From contig OZ024740.1 of the NCBI GenBank assembly GCA_964016885.1, forward strand, positions 13,206,001 to 13,270,000: a stretch of DNA of 64,000 nt. The letters run 5' to 3'. Below are positions 15,001-28,816 of this stretch, piece by piece. The notes under the pieces were generated by a model, which ran no database searches, had not been told where the DNA came from, and saw only the letters and a list, made by a program, of their open reading frames with translations. The translations under genes were made by a program, and so were the position numbers. Source of the DNA: Eledone cirrhosa (Eukaryota). The first letter of the stretch is position 1. Every line of letters starts with the position of its first letter.

Positions 15001-18000
15001 TAGTATGGTGCTAGGTAAACCCTGAGTTTTAACACATACAGGTAGGTGTTGTAGTGTAGTGTGGTGCTAGGTAAACCCTGAGTTTTAACAGATACAGGTA
15101 GCTGTTGTAGTGTAGTGTGGTGCTAGGTAACCCCTTTGTTTTAACACATACAGGTAGGTGTTGTAGTGTAGTGTGGTGCTATGTAAACCCTGAGTTTTAA
15201 CACATACAGGTAGGTGTTGTAGTGTAGTGTGGTGCTAGGTAAACCCTGAGTTTTAACAGATACAGGTAGGTGTTGTAGTGTAGTGTGGTGCTAGGTAAAC
15301 CCTTTGTTTTAACACTTACAGGTAGGTGTTGTAGTGTAGTGTGGTGCTAGGTAAACCCTGAGTTTTAACACATACAGGTAGGTATTGTAGTGTAGTGCTA
15401 GGTTAATCCTGAGTTTTAACACATAAAGGTAGGTGTTATAGTGTAGTGCTAGGTTAATCCAGAGTTTTAACACATACAGTTAGGTGTTGTAGTGTAGTGT
15501 GGTGCTAGATTAACCCAGAGTTTTAACACATACAGGTAGGTGTTGTATTGTGGTGCTAAGTTAACCCAGAGTTTTAACACATACAGGTAGGTGTTGTAGT
15601 GTAGTGCTAGGTTAACGCTGAGTTTTAACACATACATGTAGGTCTTGTAGTGTAGTGCTAGGTAAACCCTGAGTTTAACACATACAGGTAGGTGTTGTAG
15701 TGTAGTGCTAGGTTAACCCTGAGTTTTAACACATAGAGGTAGTTGTTGTAGTGTAGTGCTAGGTTAACCCTGAGTTTTAACACCTACAGGTAAGTGTTGT
15801 AGTGTAGTGTGGTGCTAGGTAAACCCTGAGTTTTAACACATACAGGTAGGTGTTGTAGTGTAGTGTGGTGCTTGGTAAACCCTGAGTTTTAACACATACA
15901 GGTAGGTGTTGTAGTGTAGTGTGGTGCTAGGTAAACCCTGAGTTTTAACACATACAGGTAGGTGTTGTATTGTAGTGTGGTGCCAGGTAAACCCTGAGTT
16001 TTAACACATACAGGTAGGTATTGTAATGTAGTGCTAGGTTTAACCTGAGTTTTAACACATACATGTAGGTGTTGTAGTGTAGTGCTGGGTTAACCCAGAG
16101 TGTTAACACATACAGGTAGGTGTTGTAGTGTAGTGCTAGGTTAACCCACAGTTTTAACACATACAGGTAGGTGTTGTAGTGTAGTGCTAGGTTAACACAG
16201 AGTTTTAACACATACAGGTAGGCATTGTAGTATAGTGCTAGGTTAACCCAGGGTTTTAACACATACAGGTAGGTATTGTATTGTAGTGCTATGTTAACCC
16301 AGAGTTTTAACACATACAGGTAGGTGTCGTAGTCTAGTGTGGTGCTAGGTTAACCTAGAGTTTTAACACATACAGGTAGGTGTTGTAGTGTAGTGCTAGA
16401 TTAACCCAGAGTTTTAATACATACAGGTAGGTGTTGTAGTGTAGTGCTAGGTTAACCCAGAGTTTTAACACATACAGGTAGGTGTTGTAGTGTAGCGCTA
16501 TGTTAACCCAGAATTTATACACATAGAGGTAGGTGTTGTAGTGTAGTGTAGTGCTAGGTTAACCCAGAGTTTTAACACATACAGGAAGGTATTGTAGTGT
16601 TGTGCTAGGTTAACCCAGAGTTTTAAAACATACAGGTAGGTGTTGTAGTGTAGTGCTAGTTTAACCCAAAGTTTTAACAGATACAGGTAGGTGTTGTAGT
16701 GTAGTGCTAGGTTAACCCTGCGTTTTAACACATACAGGTAGGTATTGTAGTGTAGTGCTAGGTTAACCCAGAGTTTTAACACATACAGGTAGGTGTTGTA
16801 GTGTGGTGCTAGGCAAACCTAGAGTTTTAACACATACAGGTATGTATTGTAGTGTAGTGCTAGGTTAACCCAGAGTTTTAACACATACATGTAGGTGTTG
16901 TAGTGTAGTGCTAGGTTAACCCAGAGTTTTAACACATACAGTTAGTTGTTGTAGTGTAGTGTGGTGCTAGGTTAACCCTGAGTTTTAAAACATACAGGAA
17001 GGTATTGTAGTGTTGTGCTAGGTTAACCCAGAGTTTTAACACATACAGGTAGGTATTGTAGTGTAGTGCTAGGTTAACCCAGAGTTTTAACACATACAGG
17101 TAGGTGTTGTAGTGTAGTGATAGGTTAACCCTGAGTTTTAACACATAGAGGTAGGTGTTGTAGTGCAGTGCTAGGTTAACCCAGAGTTTTAACACATACA
17201 GGTAGGTGTCGTAGTCTAGTGTGGTGCTAGGTTAACCCAGAGTTTTAACATATACAGGTAGGTGTTGTAGTGTAGTGCTAGATTAACCCAGAGTTTTAAC
17301 ACATACAGGTAGGTGTTGTAGTGTAGTGTGGTGCTAGGTTAACCCAGAGTTTTAACACATACAGGTACGTGTTGTAGTGTAGTGCTAGGGTAACCCTGAG
17401 TTTTAACACATAGAGGTAGGTGTTGTAGTGTAGTGCTAGGTTAACCCAGAGTTTTAACACCTACAGGTAGGTGTTGTAGTGTAGTGTGGTGCTAGGTATA
17501 CCCTGAGTTTTAACACATACAGGTAGGTGTTGTAGTGTAGTGTGGTGCTAGGTAAACCCTGAGTTTTAACACATACAGGTAGGTGTTGTAGTGTAGTGTG
17601 GTGCTAGGTAAACCCTGAGTTTTAACACATACAGGAAGGTGTTGTAGTGTAGTGTGGTGCTAGGTTAACCCAGAGTTTTAACACATACAGTTAGGTGTTG
17701 TAGTGTTGTACTAGGTTAACCCAGAGTTTTAACACATACAGGTAGGTGTTGTAGTGTAGTGTAGTGCTAGGTTAACCCAGAGTTTTAATACATACAGGTA
17801 GGTGTTGTAGTGTAGTGTTAGGTTAACCCAGAGTTTTAACACATACAGGTAGGTGTTGTAGTGTAGTGCTAGGTTAACCCAGAGTTTTAACACATACAGG
17901 TAGGTGTTGTAGTGTAGTGCTATGTTAACCCAGAATTTATACACATAGAGGTAGGTGTTGTAGTGTTGTGCTAGGTTAACCCAGAGTTTTAAAACATACA

Positions 18001-19799
18001 GGTAGGTGTTGTAGTGTAGTGCTAGTTTAACCCAAAGTTTTAACAGATACAGGTAGGTGTTGTAGTGTAGTGCTAGGTTAATCCAGAGTTTTAACACATA
18101 CAGGAAGGTGTTGTAGTGTAGTGTGGTGCTAGGTTAACCCAGAGTTTTAACACATACAGTTAGGTGTTGTAGTGTAGTGCTAGGTTAACCCAGAGTTTTA
18201 ACACATACAGGTAGCTGTTGTAATGTAGTGTAGTGCTAGGTAAACCCTGAGTTTTAACACACACAAGTAGGTGTTGTAGTGTAGTGTGGTTCTAGGTAAA
18301 CCCTTAGTTTTAACACATATAGTTAGGAGTTGTACTGTAGTGCTAGGTTAACCCAGAGTTTTAGCAGATACAGTAAGCTGTTGTAGTGTAGTGTAGTTCT
18401 AGGTTAACACAGAGTTTTAACACATACAGGTAGGTGTTGTAGTGTAGTGTAGTGCTAGGTTAACCCAGAGTTTTAATACATACAGGTAGGTGTTATAGTG
18501 TAGTGTTAGGTTAACCCAGAGTTTTAACACATACAGGTAGTTGTTGTAGTGTAGTGCTAGGTTAACCCAGAGTTTTAACACATACAGGTAGGTGTTGTAG
18601 TGTAGTGCTATGTTAACCCAGAATTTATACACATAGAGGTAGGTGTTGTAGTGTAGTGTAGTGCTAGGTTAACCCAGAGTTTTAACACATACTGGAAGGT
18701 ATTGTAGTGTTGTGCTAGGTTAACCCAGAGTTTTAAAACATACAGGTAGGTGTTGTAGTGTAGTGCTAGTTTAACCCAAAGTTTTAACAGATACAGGTAG
18801 GTGTTGTAGTGTAGTGCTAGGTTAATCCAGAGTTTTAACACATACAGGTAGGTATTGTAGTGTAGTGCTAGTTTAACCCAGAGTTTTAACACATACAGGT
18901 AGGTGTTGTAGTGTAGTGTGGTGCTAGGTAAACCCTGAGTTTTCACACATACAGGTAGGTGTTGTAGTGTAGTGCTAGGTTAACCCAGAGTTTTAACACA
19001 TACAGGTAGGTGTTGTAGTGTAGTGCTAGGTTAACCCAGAGTTTTACCACATACAGGTAGGTGTTGTAGTGTAGTGCTAGGTTAACCCAGAGTTTTAACA
19101 CATACAGGTAGGTGTTGTAATGTAGTGCTATGTTAACCCAGAGTTTTAACACATACATGTAGGTGTTGTAGTGTAGTATAGTGCTAGGTTAAGCCAGAGT
19201 TTTAACACATACAGTTAGTTGTTGTAGTGTAGTGTGGTGCTAGGTTAACCCTGAGTTTTAACACATACAAGTAGGTGTTGTAGTGCAGTGCTAGTTTAAC
19301 CCAGAGTTTTAACATATACAGGTAGGTGTTGTAGTGTAGTGCTAGGTTAACCCAGAGTTTTAACACATACAGGTAGGTGTTGTAGTGTAGTGCTAGGTTA
19401 ACCCAGAGTTTTAACACATACAGGTAGGTATTGTAGTGTAGTGCTAGGTTAACCCAGAGTTTTAACACATACAGTTAGGTATTGTAGTGTTGTGTGGTGC
19501 TAGGTTAACTCTGAGTTTTAACACATACAGGTAGGTGTTGTAGTGTTGTGTGGTGCTAGGTTAACCCAAGTTTTAACACATACAGGTAGGTGTTGTAGTG
19601 TAGTGTAAGGTTAACCCAGAGTTTTAACACATACAGTTAGGTGTTGTAGTGTAGTGCTAGGTTAACCCAGAATTTTAACACATACAGGTAGGTATTATAG
19701 TGTAGTTCTAGGTTAACCCAGAGTTTTAACACATACAGGTAGGTGTTGTAGTGTAGTGCTAGGTTAACCCTAAGTTTTAACACATACAGGTAGGTGTTG
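1..19799. repeat. Tandem satellite array with a 51-bp monomer (50- and 56-bp variants), roughly 370-390 copies, running off the left edge of the window
   Basis: Consensus GTAGGTGTTGTAGTGTAGTG(TGGTG)CTAGGTTAACCCAGAGTTTTAACACATACAG repeats uninterrupted until ...taggtgttgc|gtagggcattcg at ~19800. Internal 5-bp GTAGT-like subrepeats account for the 56-bp variant. Confidence 0.98.
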
Positions 19800-20168
19800 C
19801 GTAGGGCATTCGAATGAGAATTCACTTTGAGTTTTGGTAAACTTGATGACAACTTCCGACATGCTTCGATCTTATTAGACCTTCTCAGCGAAGTTTAGCT
19901 CAAAATATACTTAGAATTTTCCCCGTACGCAATAAAGATCAGGTTCAACCGCAACTATATGACGCTGCAATTCAATTGTTAATGAATTTTAATTTCAGAG
20001 TTGTCTCCACTAGCCTTTAACAAGATTTTTAAATAATTTCACATTTTCCACTGCCTACATTCAGTAAATTAAACCCTGACTTCAATGTCTGTTGGTCTTA
20101 CTGAGGGCAGCCACGTGGAATTTTCCCATGTCCGATATATACACAATAATATTCCTCCATCGCTCTGT

Positions 20169-20169
<1 letters not shown>

Positions 20170-20255
<86 letters not shown>

Positions 20256-20405
20256 GCCACACACAGAAACACATATACAGACCCACAGACACACACGCAC
20301 AGAAACATACTCACAAACACATACACACACACATATATTCATATATATACATATATATACATATATATATATACATACATATATATACATGTATATATAT
20401 ATATG
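20170..20405. repeat. (CA)n/(TA)n microsatellite, one of dozens between 20 and 64 kb
   Basis: Pure dinucleotide runs are visible directly. Confidence 0.95.
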
Positions 20406-20585
20406 TAGGATAACAATAAATCGTTAAAGGTAATCCGATAAGAGTCTGTGAAAACTATTTATCATGGACAGTTTAAGCGTACGGTGCTGTGTGACTCAAC
20501 AAGCGGTTGGTGACGATTTTATGATTTCGCTTGTATTCCTATGTAAATATATCTTGGAGTAATAAAAAAATGAAGAATAACATGA

Positions 20586-20870
20586 ATATTTATTTACAGT
20601 CTTACAATTGTTTCCATAATAGAATTGTCTATAAATTGCTAAACACTAGAGACAGTATAACTCAATTTACAATAGATCTAAGTTCAACCATTTCATCAGA
20701 AACTATTAAGAAATATAAAATATACCGTTACGCATATATTTTATATTTCTTAATAGTTTCTGATGAAATGATTGAACTTTGTATTGTAAATTGAGTTATA
20801 CTGTCTTCAGTATTTAGCAATTTATAGACAATTCTATCATGGAAACAATTGTAAGACTGTAAATAAATAT
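20586..20870. mobile_element. Fold-back mini-element with an HHR on each arm; probably derived from a PLE pseudo-LTR
   Basis: 20586-20724 is a near-perfect reverse complement of 20735-20870 around the loop ccgttacgca; (TA)n lies nearby on both sides. Confidence 0.8.
20755..20858 (+). ncRNA. Type I hammerhead ribozyme (mirror copy on - strand, 20598-20704)
   Basis: Stem I agttt/agact; core CTGATGA; long stem II closed by atgattgaa/ttctatcat; GAAAC-AATT-GTA (palindromic stem III, predicted cut after 20853); AATAAA at 20862. Confidence 0.8.
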
Positions 20871-20902
20871 CCTTGTTTGTACTGTCAACCATGTTATTCT
20901 TC

Positions 20903-22494
<1,592 letters not shown>

Positions 22495-22629
22495 CAGCAT
22501 ACCTCATTAGTAGAACTGCTGCTTAAATGCAGACAAGAATTAAATGTTGTCAAATTATAGAATTCGACGTTGTTGTCCCTTGTTTTGACATTTCCATCAT
22601 TCTAGAAACGGAGGGGCCATAAATAAGTC

Positions 22630-22880
22630 ACCCCTCCCCCTCTCTCACTCCTTCCTCTTTCTCTAACTCCCCCCTCTCCTTCCTCTTTCTCTTACACCTC
22701 TCTCCTTCCTCTTTCTCTTACTCCCCCTCTCTCTCCTTCCTCTCTCTCTTACTTCACCCTCTCTCGCCTTCCTCTTTCTCTTACTCCCCTTTCTCTCCTT
22801 CCTCTTTCTCTTACTCCCCTCTCTCTCCTTCCTCTCTCTCTCCTTCCTCTTTCTCTTACCCCCCCCTCTCTCTCCTCTTT
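22630..22880. repeat. CT-rich low-complexity minisatellite
   Basis: Repeated ctccttcctctttctcttactcccc units. Confidence 0.85.
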
Positions 22881-23235
22881 TTCAAAGATTTCCCACGCCG
22901 TAAATACGACCCACTTGGTGTTAGGTTTCTCACAGAACAATAAAGTATTTACAAAGACAAACAAATTAAAAAAATAATAATAAATATAAAATAAATATAA
23001 AATAAATATAAAATAAATATAAAATAAATATATAAAAAAAAAATTAAAAGTAAAAATAAGACAAAAAATAAATTAAATAAAATAAAGCCAGAAAATTCTT
23101 CAGTTTTTCATGGGAACTTTGTCAACATTTGTGTTGTTTACGTTCCGAGTTCAAATCCCGGTAAAGTCAAGTTTTGCATTTCATCCAACTATAAAATAAA
23201 GAATTAGTTGTTAAGTGATTTCTATAATCTTGGGT

Positions 23236-23380
23236 GAAGGCGCATGGTTTAGTAGTTAGGGCATTGGGCTTGCAATCGAAAGGTTGTGAGTTCAATTCTC
23301 GGACCGGGTGATGTGTTGTTTCCTTGAGCAAGGCACTTTATTTCACATTGCTCCAGTTTACTCAGCTGTAGAAATGAAAT
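23236..23380 (+). mobile_element. tRNA-derived SINE, preceded by a second SINE fragment at ~23138-23190
   Basis: A-box-like TGGTTTAGTAG, B-box GAGTTCAATTC, then a CORE-like ccttgagcaaggcactttatttcac segment. A homologous copy lies at 58940. Confidence 0.75.
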
Positions 23381-23534
23381 GATAGGACTGGGGTCCCTAT
23401 CATTAAATTACCCAAGACACCTCCAATGAGATATACCTTGGAGGGGGCCAGCTAAACTTGCATAGGTGTGAGCTGTCACACACACATATTATCTTGGACT
23501 CCAACGTAGACTCTTCCTCCCAACAGATGTAAAA

Positions 23535-23600
23535 CACTCTACATGTCAATGGAGTTCCACTGAAGCAGCTGGAGAACTTCAAGTATCTCCAGGTCAACAT
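23535..23600 (+). pseudogene. LINE (RTE-like) RT C-terminal fragment
   Basis: Translates as LHVNGVPLKQLENFKYL, matching the LINE RT motif L..V..FKYLG. Confidence 0.45.
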
Positions 23601-23840
23601 TATGATCTATTTAAGAGTGTGTCCAGGTCAACAGCTTTATAAACCTGTATCTATATTAAATATACTCTGCTATGTATTGAGTACCTTACTTACTGTGGTT
23701 ACCCCCGATTGAACCCGGGATAAACACACACACACACATATATATATATATACTATATATATACTAACCACATATAAACATATATACATGTTTACAAATA
23801 TATATATATATACATATGTGTATATATATATATATATATA

Positions 23841-25734
23841 TTGTTATACTTGGGGAGGGTCATATTGTTGTAATAATATTGCCAGAATTAATAACAGAAC
23901 ACACTCACTGTTTGGTTGGTTTTCGCTTCTGTATCTTTTATATCAGTTAATTTATTCGGTCCTCAATGTTTACCATTGACTGACAAACGGTCAAAAATAC
24001 AGATATAATATAGACACAAACACATATATATAGTCTAACAAAGTTCTTTCGTTGCACATCTGCAACATCGTCAGTGGTGCTATTATGTTCCTCCTGTTGT
24101 ATTGTATATCTACGCCATCTTTAATTAATCTGTTTTTTAATCTATTTATATGTGTCTTCTTCTCTGCGCATGCGTTTGCGTGTGTGTATAGTGTTTGGTG
24201 TGTGTTCGCGTTTGGGTGACTGTTTTGGTTATTGTATTCTATCTTAGTTTACTAGGGTGTGTTTATATGTGTTTGTTGTTATTGTGCTTATATTTATTTA
24301 TTTATTTATATTTCTCTTAGGTCAGTATTGTTTGTTTCGGTGTTGTTGTTATTCCATTCATTTTTTCTGTTTAGCCTTCTAAGTTCTATTTCACTTGCCT
24401 CTCTGATTTGCTTATCTGCTGGGTCATTTCTATGTTTAGATATTATTTTAATTTCTATGTTGTCTATGTTACCGTCATGTTGTTGTCTGGCGTGTTCGTA
24501 TAGTACTGAACCGTTTTTTCGTCCTTTTAGTTCCCCCCAGTGTTGGTCTATCCTTTCACCTATGCTACGAGCTGTTTCGCCTATGTATGTTGTCATGTTT
24601 CTGAAAGTACCCTCTGTACATCTTATGATATAGACTACATTTCTAGTTTCACAGTTTATCCGGGGGTTTACTTTACATATAAAGTATGTAAAGTACAGTG
24701 GGTTTTCTTAAAAGGGTATGTTTTGCTGATCAGGGATTTTATGGTAGTTCCTGGCTTTTCTACCACCTTAATCTTTAAGTGGGTCTTTCTCAGGGCCTTT
24801 CTACATTGGTTAGCTAATTTCCCTCCAGGGGTAGCCTCCACGAACATGACACTCTGGTATCTCTGGTTGTCGTACCATGAGGTGGCTTTCCCTATCTTAT
24901 GTCTAGTCCTATCTAAGCCATTCCATGATTTGCTCCTGTATAATGGGCAAATTCCTTTCATGTCCAGTTCTATGAGGGCCTTATACTTCTCCGTGGCTTC
25001 TTTGTATACTCTGATTCTGGTTGTAGCCAGAGAACTGCATGCGGTTGATGAAGTGTTGGATGTGTCTTTCCATTTCTGTTGGGTCGCACATGCGGGACAC
25101 GTTCTTCATCACTCGTACCAAGTCTGCGATCAGAATATTAAACTTAGCACTACTGGACATTGCTGAGTTTTGAATATCAGGTATTTGGAGGCCATGGGTT
25201 TAGCGTAGTGTGAGTGGAGAATTTGGGTCCTCTCGTCTATAGTGTTAATCCAGAGTTCCGTGTCTAATACATGTAGTCTATTGTTAGGGTGTTTGGAAGG
25301 GTAGTCGATAATTACAGTTATACTCTGGTGTATGTAATTAGCTATCTGTTGGATGCTTTCCATTGTGCTACGTTCTAAATCATACTTGTTAGTACTCTCT
25401 TGTGGGGATGTCCTTATTACTATATTAATGTCGTCTACGTAACGAGAGTACATGATGAGGTCTATGGAGCTCTCATCAAGGAGATTTTTGAGTCTCCTTT
25501 CCCACCATACCATAAAAAGGTTGGCAACGTCACCAGCTATGCTGACGCTAATGGCTGCTGCCTCATTTTGGGTGTAGATCTTCTCGTTGAATTTGAATAT
25601 GTGGTCCTTTAGGGTAGTTTTGATACTAGCCCTTATTGCATGTGCGACCATTTTTCTTACCTTCATCATTGTTTTGGGGGGTCCGTATAGCTTTGGTCCA
25701 CCAATTCCACCTTCCCATGGGAGTCTTTGTTGGC

Positions 25735-25735
<1 letters not shown>
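23841..25735 (-). mobile_element. 5'-truncated, disrupted Penelope-like retroelement (RT, C-terminal GIY-YIG, 3' pseudo-LTR)
   Basis: ORF pieces: AAISVSIAGDVANLFM...YSRYVDDINIV...LHVLDTELW...HYAKPM (25130-25735), linker (24668-24961), YIGETARSIGERIDQH...QIREA...LNRKNEW (24306-24596). Stops and frameshifts separate them; (TA)n flanks both ends. Confidence 0.9.
24037..24078 (-). ncRNA. Minimal hammerhead motif in the PLE pseudo-LTR
   Basis: Minus strand reads acca-CTGACGA-t-GTTGCA-gatg-TGCAAC-GAAAG-AA-CTT-tgtt. Confidence 0.65.
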
Positions 25736-25756
<21 letters not shown>

Positions 25757-25765
<9 letters not shown>

Positions 25766-26318
25766 TAAAAAAATGATGAATAAAACAATGAAACAGTTCC
25801 TTATATTAAACAAAAAAAGTTCATTATTTAACGATCGTTTCTAGGATATATATGTGTTAGAATTGGCATGCATATTCAACAGATCTATGTACAAAATTAT
25901 ACAAAATTATACAAACTATCAAAATTAAATATACATACCAAACACATATATATGCCGTCTTCAGAAATAAAGATTATTTCTGAAGACGGCATATATATGT
26001 GTTTGGTATGTATATTTAATTTTGATAGTTTGTATAATTTTGTATAATTTTGTACATAGATCTGTTGAATATGCATGCCAATTCTAACACATATATATCC
26101 TAGAAACGATCGTTAAATAATGAACTTTTTTTGTTTAATATAAGGAACTGTTTCATTGTTTTATTCATCATTTTTTTAATATTTTATCTTGACTCTGTAT
26201 TCCGTTTATCTTTCACCGAAAGTGATTTTTCATTGCATCTCTTCTTTCCATGATATCCGGATTACATTGAGTTCTTCATACGGATTGGACACTACCGTAA
26301 ACTCTTGGTAGATTTATC

Positions 26319-26320
<2 letters not shown>
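25757..26320. mobile_element. Apparently perfect palindrome with 214-bp arms (25757-26187) plus a 3' tail; HHR on both arms
   Basis: Arms 25757-25970 and 25974-26187 surround the loop AGA, with no mismatch seen. Unique tail at 26188-26320; (TA)n on both sides. Confidence 0.85.
25974..26120 (+). ncRNA. Type I hammerhead ribozyme with ~115-nt stem II (mirror copy on - strand, 25824-25970)
   Basis: Stem I ttattt/aaataa; CTGAAGA; stem II atatatgtgtt/aacacatatat extended by ttggtatgtatattt/gaatatgcatgccaa; GAAAC-GATC-GTT. Confidence 0.8.
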
Positions 26321-26357
<37 letters not shown>

Positions 26358-26567
26358 CACAATATATGCAACGATATATGAAATCACACATATTTTTGTA
26401 GTTCCTAAAATGTCGGACATTAAAGATCTATTTCAAACATTGGGAAATATTTTAAAATATCTTTTATTACAATTTTAAACATTAAAAATTGATGTGAACA
26501 CACACACACACACACAAACACATACACACACACACATACACACAGATACACATACACACACATACGC

Positions 26568-26599
<32 letters not shown>

Positions 26600-26803
26600 G
26601 CATACATACACACATACATACACACAGGCACGCACACACACACATACACACACACACACATATACACATACACACACACATATACATACACACGCATACA
26701 CATACACGTATACATACACATACACGCACACATACACGCACACATACACGCACACATACGCATACACATACACACGCATACACATACACATACACACATA
26801 CAC

Positions 26804-26836
<33 letters not shown>

Positions 26837-27648
26837 TAAACATATACATTGTTTCTTTACTATGTCTATATTTACAAATTGGTTTAAATAGCTGAAATGT
26901 ATAGACTGGAGTTTAAGTGCATGTTATTCTCTCTATAGCTAGCGTCATACACACACACATATATATACACACCCGCACACACACACACACACTCACATAT
27001 ACACACATATTTACACACACACACATAGAAACTCACACACTTAGTATATATACTGTGTAGTTGAAATGATTTAAATGAAGAATATATATTTATAAATGTA
27101 TATGGCCTAAAAGTATAACTTGTGTCTACCTGTTTTGTTGTGTCCCAATGTGTACTGGAATGAAATGTATTAACCTCAATGAACCGAAACTGTAGTGATT
27201 TCCAGATGGTGACTGAGGATATGGGACTGTCCCTCTTTCCGTTGGGTTTTCCATTGTCTTTGTCCTGTGCGCCCTCTATTTTAAATATATATGTATGTAT
27301 GTATGTTCTTCTGGTTTTATAATTTCACAAATGTTGGCCAATAGAGAGAGAGTCGGTTTCTAACATAGACACAAGACTCTCTCATTGGAACTTACACGAC
27401 ATCAACTAGGTAGATATGTATGTATGTATGCATGTGTAGATAAGGATGTTATTGTATGTGTGGATATCTATGTTTTGAGTTGTATGTGTGCATGTGTATA
27501 TGCTTTGTATCTGTACATGTGTATATACAGTTATTAGATGCAAAATTTTTGGAATGTGTAGGTATGGATGTTATTGTATGTGTGGATGTGTATGTTTTGA
27601 GTTATATGTGTGCTATGTATGTATGTATGTGTGTGTATATATATATAT

Positions 27649-27845
27649 GCCAGGTCATTCTTGAGTGCTACTGGTATCATGTAACCCAGTACAACCTGTC
27701 GCATGGTCGGGTCGTCGGCGACTAAACCGGCAACGCCACCAAGCTTGCTTAGTGAGGAGGGTGATCTTGGACACCCTGCAGGACAAAAAACAAAACCTGA
27801 CAAAAGGCGGAAGAATTCAAAAGATTCAACGGCCATCCAAAATGT
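27649..27845 (+). mobile_element. GC-richer island resembling a LINE (RTE-type) 5' UTR with a possible HDV-like ribozyme
   Basis: ccagt..ACC-TGTCGCAT-GGT..gtc-ggc-gac-TAA-accgg fits the P2/P3/L3/P4/J4-2 order; P1 is not clearly present. Confidence 0.4.
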
Positions 27846-27877
27846 GTAAATATGTATATACATGTATGCATGTATGC

Positions 27878-27924
<47 letters not shown>

Positions 27925-28300
27925 ATGGTACTAAGCATATATATCACAGTATATATCACCTGTATTGTATTATGTGATACCTTTGTCATACTGTGATATA
28001 TATGCTTAGTACCATTGATTGTTTCTTACCTGGTTGTTCTGTACATGCCTAACACCTCTGCACTCCTTCTACACGCTTACATATGTACTGTTAATGTCCT
28101 CATTTTCGGAGTAACTTTCTTCTTTAATTCCTCTATAATTGTCGTATTATTCTCTTGTAATCTTTGTCGCATCCACTGATACTGACCACATCATCTTCAC
28201 TCTTTAAATATGACACTGTTAATGAAAACAATAACATCTATGTATCTTTACGATTGTTCTGTGGAATAGGAGGTTAATTATATGTCTAAACTTTGCTAGT

Positions 28301-28350
28301 TCTCCGATGATACCAAACGAAAGTTTGGAAGAAACGATTGTCAGCAATAA
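28301..28350 (+). ncRNA. Degenerate hammerhead motif
   Basis: ct-CCGATGA-ta-ccaaac-gaaa-gtttgg-aa-GAAAC-GATT-GTC-ag then AATAAA; U4>C in the core. Confidence 0.55.
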
Positions 28351-28748
28351 AATGTTTTGAACATAGTTTTGATTATTCTACAATTTATATTCCTGCTCTG
28401 TAAGACATCTGATGTATTTACATTGAGCTATTTTTCTTACTGGTAATAAGGTGGTAATGAATTACTGACCTTTCCTGTTTATAATTATATATAGTATATA
28501 TATAAGTATAAATAATATTATATATATATATATATATTAGAAAGTGAGGTTTTTTTTACAAAATGAAAAATAATCGAGGTGTCCTACACGAGTGAAAGTA
28601 TAAAGAAAAAAAGATGAAATCGAAAATGCAACTGGAGTCTTATTTAAAAAAAAAATATATATATGTATTTTGTTCCTTTACCGGTTTCGCAGTTGTTCTG
28701 CTTTACAAAAGTAGAGTTGAGATGGAGGGTCTGTGGTTTTTCTCTCAT

Positions 28749-28816
<68 letters not shown>

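Noticed and set aside
1-19799. CRISPR-like or telomeric array
   Set aside because: There are no unique spacers. TAGG and TAACCC occur only as isolated pieces of the monomer, not as tandem TTAGGG.
1215-19852. Many minus-strand ORFs repeating LKLWVNLALHYNTYLYV
   Set aside because: The 51-bp monomer is 17 codons and happens to be stop-free in one frame. Frequent 50- and 56-bp variants break the frame, so there is no coding constraint.
20100-20145. Possible hammerhead CTGAGGG...GATAT (similar weak cases at 29461-29520 and 48771-48812)
   Set aside because: Too many core changes or missing stems to support; not counted.
23236-23310. tRNA gene (also 58940-59012)
   Set aside because: A and B boxes are present, but the cloverleaf is degenerate and runs into a SINE body.
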